Virus record (IMG/VR): IMGVR_UViG_3300017747_002751
Span: 1 to 38,539 of that record
Length of the DNA stretch: 38,539 bases
Source: a virus
Taxonomy: Duplodnaviria; Caudoviricetes
Direction: 5' to 3' (one strand)
Shown here: positions 8,107 to 16,322 of the stretch, piece after piece
Layout of the letters: every line of letters begins with the position of its first letter
Numbering within the stretch: position 1 is the stretch's first letter
Translations under genes and position numbers: made by a program
Notes under the pieces: model-generated
Seen by the model: only the letters and a program-made list of their open reading frames with translations
What the model was told of the DNA's origin: nothing
Databases searched by the model: none

Positions 8107-8348
8107 CTTGCCCGACCCATAATCCGTTCCCAGAACGATTGCTTGCTCTTCTCGTCAACGACTGCCTGCAATGGCCGTTTGTGGCCTTGATCGACGTTTG
8201 CACTCAGCGGCGTGTTAATCCTGTCGCGCTCCTCTCGCAGTTCCTCCACCTTCTTACGCTTCTCCAGCATGTGTAGTAGAGCGCCTATTCTCATGTGTGG
8301 AGATGTTCCGGCTATGGCGCGGAGTTCTTCAAGGTCTATGTGGGTCAT
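8103..8348 (-). CDS. Hypothetical protein
   Basis: 81 aa from ATG 8348 (ATGA overlap). Confidence 0.7.
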   Translation of the reverse strand: MTHIDLEELRAIAGTSPHMRIGALLHMLEKRKKVEELREERDRINTPLSANVDQGHKRPLQAVVDEKSKQSFWERIMGRAR

Positions 8349-8980
8349 TTTGCACCCGCTGGGTCGTTTCTCTCTTCTAGGCGTTCGACGTATTCCCAAC
8401 CCAATCCTAGGCCGTGATTGACCGAATTTCCGATGAGGTTGTAGCGAGACTTCGACACAGAGATTTTGACGAACGATCTCATGCCGGCCTTCGAAACATC
8501 GGCCACGCGATGGATAACCCGCTGGTCGAGCAACAGAAGATGCTTGTCAGGATAGACGATGTGGTGTTCCCGGTCTTCTTCCACCGCCGCCATCTCGGAA
8601 AGAGAAATTCTGTGATCTTGCGAAAAGCTCACGGGGGCATCAGGCACCCAAAATAACGTCCCGTTGGTGTCGGACCAAACAAAATTCAGATCATTAGTCA
8701 TGAAGCCGTCAGAGTGCCAGCCTGGGCGATTTCCGGGGTTTTCTGGATTGACCCAGAGCGTCTTGGCTGTGATGTAAATATAGCTTTCAAACCATCGGTC
8801 GGACGAAAGAGCCGTTCTTACTTCGTCGATGATTGGCCTGAATTGCAAAAGATTGTCTGGGATAACACACGGCTCTCTCCTCGCTGCTTTGATAGGGCAG
8901 TAAAGCCAAGACATCATTTCGCGTGGGCTGATATCAACCAATCCAAGGTCCGCAGGCTTGGCACCATAAATCTTATTCAT
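8345..8980 (-). CDS. 2OG-Fe(II) oxygenase-like protein
   Basis: NRPGWHSDGF (HxD), distal VIHRV (H) and RSFVKISVS (Arg strand) fit a double-stranded beta-helix dioxygenase. Start ATG 8980. Confidence 0.65.
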   Translation of the reverse strand: MNKIYGAKPADLGLVDISPREMMSWLYCPIKAARREPCVIPDNLLQFRPIIDEVRTALSSDRWFESYIYITAKTLWVNPENPGNRPGWHSDGFMTNDLNFVWSDTNGTLFWVPDAPVSFSQDHRISLSEMAAVEEDREHHIVYPDKHLLLLDQRVIHRVADVSKAGMRSFVKISVSKSRYNLIGNSVNHGLGLGWEYVERLEERNDPAGAK

Positions 8981-9341
8981 TCCCGATTTCCTCAAAAATA
9001 TAGAGACCTAGCTCCATCTGAACAAACACTGCGCAAAATCCGACGTACTTGATATTCAAATCATCGGGAATTTTGCCTCCGCATTTGAAGGCCCAGAAAT
9101 GGCGCTCTTCGTCTGGAACGTCAGTTCGGACTATTGCCCAAAGCCAGAACATGCCGTCTTGGTCTGTCATGCGGATGATTTCGGCACCCGTAGGCAGGCG
9201 CATAGTGAAGCGCTCAAGAACCGGCATCTGATATTTGAAAATTACCCGGCCCGTTGCGTCGGACATCTTCTTGCCTCGCAACGCTTCATCCCACTGGTCT
9301 GCTTGGGTATCGATCCAAGATCCGTCTACTTCTCCACTCAT
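8973..9341 (-). CDS. Conserved phage hypothetical protein (IFKY...LWAIV...YVG...YIFE type)
   Basis: 122 aa, SD GGAG. Confidence 0.75.
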   Translation of the reverse strand: MSGEVDGSWIDTQADQWDEALRGKKMSDATGRVIFKYQMPVLERFTMRLPTGAEIIRMTDQDGMFWLWAIVRTDVPDEERHFWAFKCGGKIPDDLNIKYVGFCAVFVQMELGLYIFEEIGNE

Positions 9342-9359
9342 GCTCTCTCTCCAATTTGT

Positions 9360-9427
9360 TGCGGCCCGATGCCAAGGGGGATAGACACCGGGCCGCGCCC
9401 AGCGCTTTAGGTCCGCCCGCGCTGGGA
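9360..9427 (-). other. Two intergenic RNA hairpins
   Basis: On the minus strand: CCCAGCGC/GCGCUGGG and GCGGCCCGGUGUC/GGCAUCGGGCCGC (G-U pairs favour this strand), the second with loop UAUCCCCCUU. Confidence 0.6.
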
Positions 9428-9431
9428 ATGG

Positions 9432-9857
9432 TTAATTCTCATTGATGAACTGCAGCGGGTCATAGCCTACCGCTTCTGCAATTAATGCCATGCCCCTATC
9501 CATGAAGTTGCGGAACTCTTCCGGGTCCATCTGGTCGAGGGCTATGCTATCGGTATCAAGGCCGATTTGGCCGGTGAAGGCGTTCACGGTCTTGGTATAA
9601 TAGCCGAGAGACACTTTCAGGTCCCGGCTAAGGTTCTCTGCGCTGGCCCACTTGTCGGTTGACTTAACGACCATACCTAGGCAGGCCCAGTAAAGTCTCA
9701 ACTGTCTATTCGAGCGCTTCGACGTTGGCACAAGCTGGAACGTCTTTCCTGGCGCTGACATAGCCAGTTGCTCGGCGTCGTACATCGTGAGACCCTTTAG
9801 CCCTTTCGGGGTTAGGATGACTTCGATGTGTGGCGCTTTCTCGCGCTTCTTGGCCAT
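9432..9857 (-). CDS. NinB/DUF1367-like recombination-associated protein
   Basis: KRSNRQLRLYWA...DSIALDQMDPEEFRNFMD pattern; directly downstream of ssb. Confidence 0.65.
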   Translation of the reverse strand: MAKKREKAPHIEVILTPKGLKGLTMYDAEQLAMSAPGKTFQLVPTSKRSNRQLRLYWACLGMVVKSTDKWASAENLSRDLKVSLGYYTKTVNAFTGQIGLDTDSIALDQMDPEEFRNFMDRGMALIAEAVGYDPLQFINEN

Positions 9858-9859
9858 GG

Positions 9860-10243
9860 CTAAAACATTAAGTCGTCATCAAGATCGTCCGCAAACGATC
9901 CGCGCTCGGCAACACGCTGTTTCACGGCATCAGCGCTTCGTTCCTTTCGCTCACCACCTCCCTGAATGGTGATGTCAGAAGCTCGGCATGTGAAATACGT
10001 TTTCCCCTCATGCGCTCTTGAGCCGAAGTCGCCGGAAACCGTGACGCGCGTTCCCTTGACAAGGATAGGCTCCAGCTTCTCGCCGCGCTTGCCCCACAGG
10101 GACACGTCAAACCACATCGTCTGCTTGTTCTCGCCATAGCCATCATCGACAGCAACCGAGAAGCCCAAAACAGGCTCTCCACCTTGAGTTCGGCGGAACA
10201 CAGCATCACGGCCAATAGTGCCGGCGATTACGATTGTCTTCAT
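9860..10243 (-). CDS. ssb: Single-stranded DNA-binding protein
   Basis: IAGTIGRDA, FSVAV, WFDVSLWGKRGE, KGTRVTVSG; acidic tail DDLDDDLMF. Confidence 0.95.
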   Translation of the reverse strand: MKTIVIAGTIGRDAVFRRTQGGEPVLGFSVAVDDGYGENKQTMWFDVSLWGKRGEKLEPILVKGTRVTVSGDFGSRAHEGKTYFTCRASDITIQGGGERKERSADAVKQRVAERGSFADDLDDDLMF

Positions 10244-10244
10244 G

Positions 10245-11012
10245 TCAAAATCCTTCCATTGGGTGCACTTCGCGCCCGTCTACGTTGGTGATGCGTTCGT
10301 CGCGGACCTCTGATCCTGGAAACTCTTCCTTGATCGCGCCAACCGTGTCTTTCTTGGCCGTCTCTTTGGCCTTGAGGGCTTTCCCTATGGCAGTCATTTC
10401 AGTGTGCAACTGCTGCTGCTGCTCTTCCGGCATTTCCTTCCGAAGTTTGACGAACTCGGCATCTTTCCACATGCGAGCGATGTCATCAGACATCAAGCCC
10501 TTGTTCAATTCACCCATAAGAATAGCGTAGTTCTTGTGCTTCACGGAGCGCTCTTGCTCTCGGTACTCTTGGTTGACCTCGGCGACGTATTTCTGGTCAT
10601 CCCACCGGCCGAGGAAAATATTTGCCGCCACGCCGATATGCGATGCGCCTTTGATGATCGCGTCGGTTAGGCTCTTCTTAGGTGCGTCTTCATCGACCTT
10701 GTGCTTGCCGGTGGAGGTCATGTACGCAGCCTTTGTCTGCCCATACTCTTCAACGCCGTGTTCGCCGCCGCCGTCCTTCCACCAGAACCTAATTCGGCAC
10801 CAATGAAGGTGAGTGTCGCCAAGCTGTTTGAATTCCTCTGCCAGCACTGACCATCCGAACCCTTTGCCGACAGGCCCAAACATTTCTGTTAAGCACCTGA
10901 TGACGTATTGCGGGTTTGGCGATGTGCCGCCGTAGTCACGGCCAGATATAGCCTTGGTATATTTTGGGTCAATGTCCGCGAAACGGTCCCAAATCTCGAG
11001 ATTATTTGTCAT
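10245..11012 (-). CDS. Single-strand annealing protein (Rad52/Sak-like recombinase)
   Basis: YVIRCLTEMFGPVG.GFGW and DAPKKSLTDAIIKGASHIGVAANIFLG motifs; directly upstream of ssb. Confidence 0.75.
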   Translation of the reverse strand: MTNNLEIWDRFADIDPKYTKAISGRDYGGTSPNPQYVIRCLTEMFGPVGKGFGWSVLAEEFKQLGDTHLHWCRIRFWWKDGGGEHGVEEYGQTKAAYMTSTGKHKVDEDAPKKSLTDAIIKGASHIGVAANIFLGRWDDQKYVAEVNQEYREQERSVKHKNYAILMGELNKGLMSDDIARMWKDAEFVKLRKEMPEEQQQQLHTEMTAIGKALKAKETAKKDTVGAIKEEFPGSEVRDERITNVDGREVHPMEGF

Positions 11013-11740
11013 AGCACTTTCTCCCCTTCGACGTTAAAGCCCTTGATCGTTCTCGCGCCGCCACGAACGGCTTTGTCAGCCAGATCTTGAGCAAAGACCA
11101 TAAGGGCGTCACGATGTTCTTGCCAGACCCATGCAGCCGCCTCGCGCTCATCCACCATAACGGCACGGTATACCGTACGGAGGCCCGTAGCGCGCCCGTC
11201 GCCCTTTGCGTGGGCCTTCGCGCCTTCTGCCTTGCGAGCGGCTTCCTCGGCCTTCTTTGCCTCTTCTACGAGGCGTTCGGCGTCTTCTCGGCTTTCGAGA
11301 TTGGCGGCGTCACGCTGGCGCATGGCCACCATAGCCTCGGCCTGTTTCTTCGCAGCTTCTTCGCGGGCGATCCTCGCAGCTTCCTGCTGCTGCCTATCAA
11401 GCTCCAGAAGGTACGGCTTCAGAGCGGCGTTAACGGCTTCCTCTGCCTTGATGGCCAGCCCGGTGACGCTCTTGTTCTTGCCGATCAGGGTATTGTAGAG
11501 CGCCTGGATCGTGTCAACCTCGTCTTGGTGAGGTTTGATTTCCGTCTTGCGGTTTTCTTCCGCAGCCTTGGCCGCTTTCTTGATGCGGTCCTTCAGCGTG
11601 TTGAGCGCGTCGGCCTGCTGCTGGGTAGTGACCGGCTCGCCTGTTAACCAAAGCTTGGCTTCGTTGTACAGATCCTCGATAGCCTCTTTCGACATTTCGA
11701 ACGGCGGCTTATTATGCCCCATCGTTGCTACTGTGTTCAT
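11009..11740 (-). CDS. Coiled-coil phage protein of the recombination module
   Basis: 243 aa, MGHNKPP start, long Ala/Glu/Lys coiled coil, C-terminal IKGF motif. Confidence 0.8.
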   Translation of the reverse strand: MNTVATMGHNKPPFEMSKEAIEDLYNEAKLWLTGEPVTTQQQADALNTLKDRIKKAAKAAEENRKTEIKPHQDEVDTIQALYNTLIGKNKSVTGLAIKAEEAVNAALKPYLLELDRQQQEAARIAREEAAKKQAEAMVAMRQRDAANLESREDAERLVEEAKKAEEAARKAEGAKAHAKGDGRATGLRTVYRAVMVDEREAAAWVWQEHRDALMVFAQDLADKAVRGGARTIKGFNVEGEKVL

Positions 11741-11937
11741 TGCGTCATCCCCTTCGCGTGTTCATAGTGTGATTTATACCAGTCGGCCCGCTCTGAATGC
11801 CTATCAGCTTCCGACAGCAGATAATCCCGACGTGCAAGATCTCCGATAGCCTCAGCCTTTACCGCATCCATCAGGCAGTCTTTCCAGAGAGCGCGGGCCA
11901 TACGTTCGCCGTCTAGGAATTCATGGCCGGGAAGCAT
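11737..11937 (-). CDS. Hypothetical protein
   Basis: 66 aa, SD AGGAG, ATGA overlap with the next gene. Confidence 0.7.
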   Translation of the reverse strand: MLPGHEFLDGERMARALWKDCLMDAVKAEAIGDLARRDYLLSEADRHSERADWYKSHYEHAKGMTQ

Positions 11938-12100
11938 CGAACATCTCCTGCATCTGAACCGCTTCCGTCTTATACGCTTCCTCCATCATGCCAGCCGATA
12001 CCGTCAGAATGAAACCAAGCAGCAGAGCGGCAATGATTGCATCCGTTGTGGTGAGCGTGAAGATGGGAGGCTGCTTGCGGAATGTGCCAAGGTCTTTCAT
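11921..12100 (-). CDS. Small single-TM protein (59 aa)
   Basis: Hand-translated as MKDLGTFRKQPPIFTLTTTDAIIAALLLGFILTVSAGMMEE...; SD AAGGGGA. Not in the ORF track. Confidence 0.7.
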   Translation of the reverse strand: MKDLGTFRKQPPIFTLTTTDAIIAALLLGFILTVSAGMMEEAYKTEAVQMQEMFDASRP

Positions 12101-12145
12101 GTGTATTCCCCTTTGGTTGGATAGGCTTATGATGGAGTGGAAACG

Positions 12146-12457
12146 TTAAGATTTTGTTTCCAGCGCGGCGGCGGCGTGGCGCGCAAAGATGCTCACGATT
12201 TCGCTCCGTGAACTCCTGTCGGCTGCTTCGTACAGCTCTGGAAATTCATCTCTCCAATCTCCAGAGCGCATCGTGGAATACCCGGCCACGCCTTTCAGCG
12301 CCTTCCGAAGGCGATCATTCTCAGCCTCGATCGCCGCAATATGGTCGAACGTTCCCCACATCTGACAGCAACCGCAGTCCTGATCGAAGTCTGAGCAGCG
12401 CTCACCCCAATCACGGGTGATTTCTTCTGCGGTCGGAAATTTGAATGTCTCGCTCAT
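12146..12457 (-). CDS. Hypothetical protein (WGERC...CGCC motif)
   Basis: Start ATG 12457 with SD GGAGG and ATGA overlap. Confidence 0.75.
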   Translation of the reverse strand: MSETFKFPTAEEITRDWGERCSDFDQDCGCCQMWGTFDHIAAIEAENDRLRKALKGVAGYSTMRSGDWRDEFPELYEAADRSSRSEIVSIFARHAAAALETKS

Positions 12458-12765
12458 TTCCCTGCCTCCAGCGCTGCCAGGATCTTCGCCTCGACCATTG
12501 CGAGACTGTACGGGGTGGGTTTCAGATTGCCGGCGACATCGGCTTGCCAGTGGCGAACCCATCCAAGGGTCTCGCGCATGAGGGCTTCGCGCTGGCCAAT
12601 GACTACCTTGCGGGCATCAGCAGTGCGCCCAGCCTCATCAAGCTTCTGCGCAAGCTCGGACATGTCGGCTTTGACATCTTCCACGAACCAAAACGCCTGA
12701 GCCTCAGAGCCGCCAAAGACTGCGGAGGCTTCGACCTTCTCGTAAGTCAACAGGGACCGCCTCAT
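12454..12765 (-). CDS. Hypothetical protein
   Basis: Start ATG 12765 (ATGA overlap); helical. Confidence 0.75.
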   Translation of the reverse strand: MRRSLLTYEKVEASAVFGGSEAQAFWFVEDVKADMSELAQKLDEAGRTADARKVVIGQREALMRETLGWVRHWQADVAGNLKPTPYSLAMVEAKILAALEAGK

Positions 12766-13091
12766 GCCACGCTCCCGTTCATGGTGCTGTAAGTCCCGTA
12801 CTGCCTCACCAGATCGATCTTGCGTTCGCCGGCGTCTTCCGCCTCGACAACGTCCTGAAACGCGCAGTCGATGCTCTGGAGAACTGTGGGAAGGTCGTAG
12901 GCGACATAGGCCGCATCTGCCCCGTCCTGCGCTGCCAGATCGGCAACAGCTTCGAAGGTTGCCGACATGAAATTCTTGATCTGGGCGCACCGATTGGCGG
13001 CACCACCCGGCGTCTTGTAGGCAGTCGTCAGCACGGACAGCGCCCGCTCAAGTTCTGCCAGGGAGAGGGTTTCGCGAAGGGTGGCGGTCAT
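12762..13091 (-). CDS. Hypothetical protein
   Basis: 109 aa, SD GGAGG. Confidence 0.8.
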   Translation of the reverse strand: MTATLRETLSLAELERALSVLTTAYKTPGGAANRCAQIKNFMSATFEAVADLAAQDGADAAYVAYDLPTVLQSIDCAFQDVVEAEDAGERKIDLVRQYGTYSTMNGSVA

Positions 13092-13384
13092 GTGCGTGCC
13101 TCCGCTTTGGCGATAACGACACGGGATTTTTTGCGTGCAAGCCTGATCAGTTCTTCGTCTGTCGCATCAGAAACCCAATGGGCAAATTCAAGAGCGTCAG
13201 GAGCGGCGGCGAATATGTGCGGCCCGTAGCTGCCGAAATATCCGGAGAAGCTCACATTGGTGTCTCTCCACCCGTATCCCTCGGACTTTCCCTCAACCCA
13301 ATACTGGTCAGGATCCAGATTGGAGGCCTTCACCTCCATCGGCTTGGCGGGGAGGAGAGTAACGAACTGATGCACTTCGGTCAT
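13088..13384 (-). CDS. Hypothetical protein (AAAPD...IAKAE motif)
   Basis: Common phage early-gene C-terminal motif; SD AGGAG. Confidence 0.75.
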   Translation of the reverse strand: MTEVHQFVTLLPAKPMEVKASNLDPDQYWVEGKSEGYGWRDTNVSFSGYFGSYGPHIFAAAPDALEFAHWVSDATDEELIRLARKKSRVVIAKAEART

Positions 13385-13410
13385 TGTCTGCACTCCTGTG
13401 GGTGGGTGGT

Positions 13411-13689
13411 TTAGTGCGCCGAATTGGGTGCGCCACGGTCAAACTTGATCTGAGCGATGACTTGCTGGCGGCTTTGCTCAAGGAAAGAGTCAACGCTTTC
13501 AATGGAAAGGCCGCAGTCTACGAGACCTTCACAGGTCGAAAACATCACGGCATAGAGGGCCGCAGAAACGCCTTCGAGTGGGTCTTTGTGTTTGCGTGAA
13601 CGCTTCTGGACAAAGCGAAATGCCGCATCCAAATCCGCCGATGTAATCGTTGTGCTTACGTGCAGTTCTCTGTCGGACATGCTGGTCAT
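13411..13689 (-). CDS. Hypothetical protein
   Basis: 92 aa, SD AAGGGG. Confidence 0.7.
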   Translation of the reverse strand: MTSMSDRELHVSTTITSADLDAAFRFVQKRSRKHKDPLEGVSAALYAVMFSTCEGLVDCGLSIESVDSFLEQSRQQVIAQIKFDRGAPNSAH

Positions 13690-13751
13690 TCCCCTTCGCT
13701 ATCGCCGCCCCGTTCCCCCTTGGGAGATGTTCGTGGGTGGCTGGTGTGTGG

Positions 13752-13943
13752 TTAGGCAGCAGTGAAGTACTCAACGTATTTGTCTTGCTCGCACCACGGA
13801 GCCTCACCTCGAAGCTCGCTCATCAGTCGGTCTCCGCTCTCCAGAAGCCTATGACGGTCTGTCTTGGAAGGCTCGATAGCCGCACGGTTGTATGCCCATG
13901 TTGCGACGTATGCTTTTGTCCACTCGGGTGTTGCTCTGGTCAT
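13752..13943 (-). CDS. Hypothetical protein
   Basis: 63 aa from ATG 13943 with upstream GAGGATAAGGA. Confidence 0.65.
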   Translation of the reverse strand: MTRATPEWTKAYVATWAYNRAAIEPSKTDRHRLLESGDRLMSELRGEAPWCEQDKYVEYFTAA

Positions 13944-14066
13944 CGTCCTTATCCTCATCCTCTGTTGCGCAGCATATCGGCTTAGCGTCGTGCTGCTGTG
14001 GTGTTGGATGTAGTGTTCCACACTGGAACCAGCATTGCAAGAGAAATAATGACAGACGCCGCCAAA

Positions 14067-14270
14067 TTATCTGTCTGCTTTGAAATAGCCGTCGTCATGG
14101 ACTTCAGTGATAAGAACGGATTTCCACTTGTCATTCTCGCATTCCTGAACGCGAACCCATCCGCCAATGGTGACTTTATCTTTGCCGTGAACGCGGACCA
14201 CGGCCGGAATGGTTCCGAGTTTGCATGGCTTGCCGTATTTTTCGAGCCATGTCTTATTTCCTCTTGGCAT
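14067..14270 (-). CDS. Hypothetical protein
   Basis: 67 aa, SD AAGGG. Confidence 0.65.
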   Translation of the reverse strand: MPRGNKTWLEKYGKPCKLGTIPAVVRVHGKDKVTIGGWVRVQECENDKWKSVLITEVHDDGYFKADR

Positions 14271-14484
14271 ATTTCACACCCTTTCTTTTGAAGTTCATTT
14301 TCTTTCGTTCGAACGTCCTGTGGGCTACACTCTCATTATCCATATGAAGCCAGATGTAGAGCTTTGTTGCTCGCTCACGCTCCTCTCTCAGCCAGCCATC
14401 TGGCGAAATTTTTTCTAGCCGCTCGACTAGCTCAATTTGACTATGGCTCATCCTGTTTTTCTGTGACTGTAGGTAAGTTATCAT
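14254..14484 (-). CDS. Hypothetical basic protein (first ORF after the long leader)
   Basis: 76 aa; start uncertain (14484 or the internal MSHSQ). Confidence 0.55.
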   Translation of the reverse strand: MITYLQSQKNRMSHSQIELVERLEKISPDGWLREERERATKLYIWLHMDNESVAHRTFERKKMNFKRKGVKYAKRK

Positions 14485-14924
14485 GTGCTTTAACCTATCT
14501 GCTCAATGGTGAGATCGTTGTGACTTCCGATACCAAGAACCACCGCATCCAAAAGGAAACGGCTCTCCCTGGATCGGAAGGGGTAATCTGCTCAATGGAG
14601 CCGACCGCCGCTTATTCCGAAACATGCCAGACAAATGATGCCGCACATCTTGGTCACTTTTTCAGGATCATTCCCTGACGTATTAGGGCCGACCACCAGC
14701 TTTCGCCGCCAGAACCCTTTGAGCCGTATACGCAACCCATTCTTGCTCATGCCATTAACGCACACGACGAACCGGTCCGCGAAAGATCGCGTGCGCTCGT
14801 CAGGTCTAAATTTCGGTGGGGTTGAAAAAGCGATGGGAGAGTGCTAATTCTCTTCTCGCAGGTTTCCGCTTTCCAAACGAATTTAGCCTGCCGCGCCCCG
14901 GTCCTCTTGCAAAGGATGCGGGGT
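14485..14924 (-). ncRNA. Putative long structured non-coding leader / origin RNA
   Basis: No minus-strand ORF of 60 aa or more. Stems 14759-14767/14787-14795 (complete only on the minus strand through a G-U pair), 14674-14680/14798-14804 and 14524-14535/14570-14580; driven by the promoter at 14931-14959. Confidence 0.45.
14822..14850 (+). promoter_or_regulatory. Promoter for the counter-transcribed small RNA
   Basis: TTGAAA-N17-TAATTC with an extended -10 TG. Confidence 0.55.
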
Positions 14925-14928
14925 TTTT
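14857..14928 (+). ncRNA. Putative ~72 nt antisense (ctRNA-like) RNA
   Basis: Promoter, hairpin GCAGGUU/AGCCUGC, terminator hairpin and U-tract; fully complementary to the 5' end of the leftward transcript. Confidence 0.55.
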
Positions 14929-14935
14929 CGTTTTT
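14896..14935 (+). terminator. Rho-independent terminator
   Basis: CCCCGGUCCU-loop-AGGAUGCGGGG followed by TTTTTCGTTTTT. Confidence 0.75.
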
Positions 14936-14959
14936 ACGCCCTTATTCTCTACAGCGCAA
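14931..14959 (-). promoter_or_regulatory. Leftward early promoter
   Basis: TTGCGC-N17-TAAAAA on the minus strand. Confidence 0.55.
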
Positions 14960-14991
14960 GTCCCTTAATATTTTTCAGCGCGGCCAAATTA

Positions 14992-15023
14992 GTTCTTGCT
15001 AGGAACCAAGCTTCATGCATAAT
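14992..15023 (+). promoter_or_regulatory. Rightward early promoter (leaderless cro-like mRNA) with a GTTC-N7-GAAC operator
   Basis: TTGCTA-N16-CATAAT with ATG at 15030; palindrome at 14992-15006 has a similar copy at 14015-14029. Confidence 0.55.
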
Positions 15024-15029
15024 GAGGCC

Positions 15030-15248
15030 ATGAAAACAAACCCACTCCAGGAACGAATTGACACCATGCGCATCACGGACGCCGAACTGGCGTTCCGGGT
15101 TGGCTGCACGCGGTCTACAATCACAAGAATTCGCCTTGGCATTTCCCGGCCTTCGTTGGCCCTTGCCAAGCGGTTAGGCGAACACACTGGATTGGCTGTT
15201 GAGCGCTTCGATGAGATCGAACGCCGCCCTTCCAAGCCAAAGGATTAA
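15030..15248 (+). CDS. Cro/XRE-family helix-turn-helix regulator
   Basis: ITDAELAFRVGCTRSTITRIRLGISRPSLALAKRL matches the HTH_3 pattern; first gene of the rightward operon. Confidence 0.88.
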   Translation: MKTNPLQERIDTMRITDAELAFRVGCTRSTITRIRLGISRPSLALAKRLGEHTGLAVERFDEIERRPSKPKD

Positions 15249-15253
15249 CGGCA

Positions 15254-15430
15254 ATGGCAAGTGTTAGACACACAGAAGTCTATCTAAACGACGGTTCAGG
15301 CTGTGAGAAGTGTAACTTTACCGGCCGGTTCGGTGGATGGCTTGGCGACAAGTGGTGCGGGTATCCGCAGATCTCATGCTCGCATTGCAAGCCTTCGGAA
15401 TACAAGAAACCGAAGGAAGTCGCGCAATGA
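15254..15430 (+). CDS. Small zinc-finger-like protein (58 aa)
   Basis: Hand-translated; CEKC...CSHC; SD AAGGA; ATGA overlap with the next gene. Not in the ORF track. Confidence 0.7.
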   Translation: MASVRHTEVYLNDGSGCEKCNFTGRFGGWLGDKWCGYPQISCSHCKPSEYKKPKEVAQ

Positions 15431-15747
15431 CCTTCTGGAAAACCGCCACCAAAGACCAGCGCCTGGCCCAGATAGACGGCGGCATTGAATGCGGACTATC
15501 CGCTGCCGACATAGCCGTGATGATGGGAACGAACTCGGATAACATCCGCCACTTCGCGCTGTATCACGGTCGCAGTCTCCGCAAGGATTACGATGCGGCA
15601 AAGAGGAGTGGCCACAAGGGCGGGATTGTCGGTGGCATCGTCAACGCACGACGGATGAAGAAGCCGGAAACGTCGCAGCCTAGCGCATTCTCCATCTTCG
15701 AAAGCCCATCTGATCCCGGCCTATTCGACAGACACCCGAACGACTAA
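15427..15747 (+). CDS. HTH-like protein
   Basis: GLSAADIAVMMGTNSDNIRHF helix-turn-helix pattern; start ATG 15427. Confidence 0.65.
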   Translation: MTFWKTATKDQRLAQIDGGIECGLSAADIAVMMGTNSDNIRHFALYHGRSLRKDYDAAKRSGHKGGIVGGIVNARRMKKPETSQPSAFSIFESPSDPGLFDRHPND

Positions 15748-15776
15748 GCCCGCCATCAAGGACAAAGGGGAATAAC

Positions 15777-16148
15777 ATGACCGACCACATCGAAGAAACA
15801 AAAGCCAAGATCGCCGTCATGCAAGCCTATGTGGATGGTGCGCCGATTGAGTGCGCCGTGCGCGGGTCTGCCTTTTACCCAATGAAATCGGCCCCGTCAT
15901 GGATGTGGTATGAATACGATTACCGCATAGCTACCACTCCAGACACCATCGACTGGGGCCATGTATCGGCAAAGTTCAAGTTCATGGCGCGCGATGAGAG
16001 GAGGGATGCTTTCTTATTCTCGCACAGGCCCATACGCGAAGATGACGAATGGTGCTGCGGTGGAGAATGCTGCGAAGCTTCTGTTCTTGCCTCATATAAA
16101 GCGGGCACTTGTGACTGGAAAGACAGCCTTGTGGAGCGTCCAGTATGA
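15777..16148 (+). CDS. Hypothetical phage protein
   Basis: 123 aa, SD AAGGGGA; IAVMQAYVDG...YRI and WKDSLVERP motifs. Confidence 0.8.
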   Translation: MTDHIEETKAKIAVMQAYVDGAPIECAVRGSAFYPMKSAPSWMWYEYDYRIATTPDTIDWGHVSAKFKFMARDERRDAFLFSHRPIREDDEWCCGGECCEASVLASYKAGTCDWKDSLVERPV

Positions 16149-16321
16149 TGGACCCCACCCTCTACACCCGCCGCATTATCCCGGCCTCTCCCAAGTCTTT
16201 CAAAAGCATCATTGCTGAACAGAGAGCCGCCATTACCGAAGCTTTCGACACTCAGGCTCGTGAGGCCGTCGAAAATAATCACAACCGCGTCGATGTAGCG
16301 CGACACAGCAAGGGAGAGTAG
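16145..16321 (+). CDS. Hypothetical protein (58 aa)
   Basis: Hand-translated; ATGA overlap, SD GGAG. Confidence 0.6.
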   Translation: MMDPTLYTRRIIPASPKSFKSIIAEQRAAITEAFDTQAREAVENNHNRVDVARHSKGE

Positions 16322-16322
16322 C

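Noticed and set aside
14364-14847. Plus-strand ORFs 14364..14678 and 14635..14847
   Set aside because: No SD or motif, and they run against the local gene direction; the region is better explained as structured non-coding sequence.
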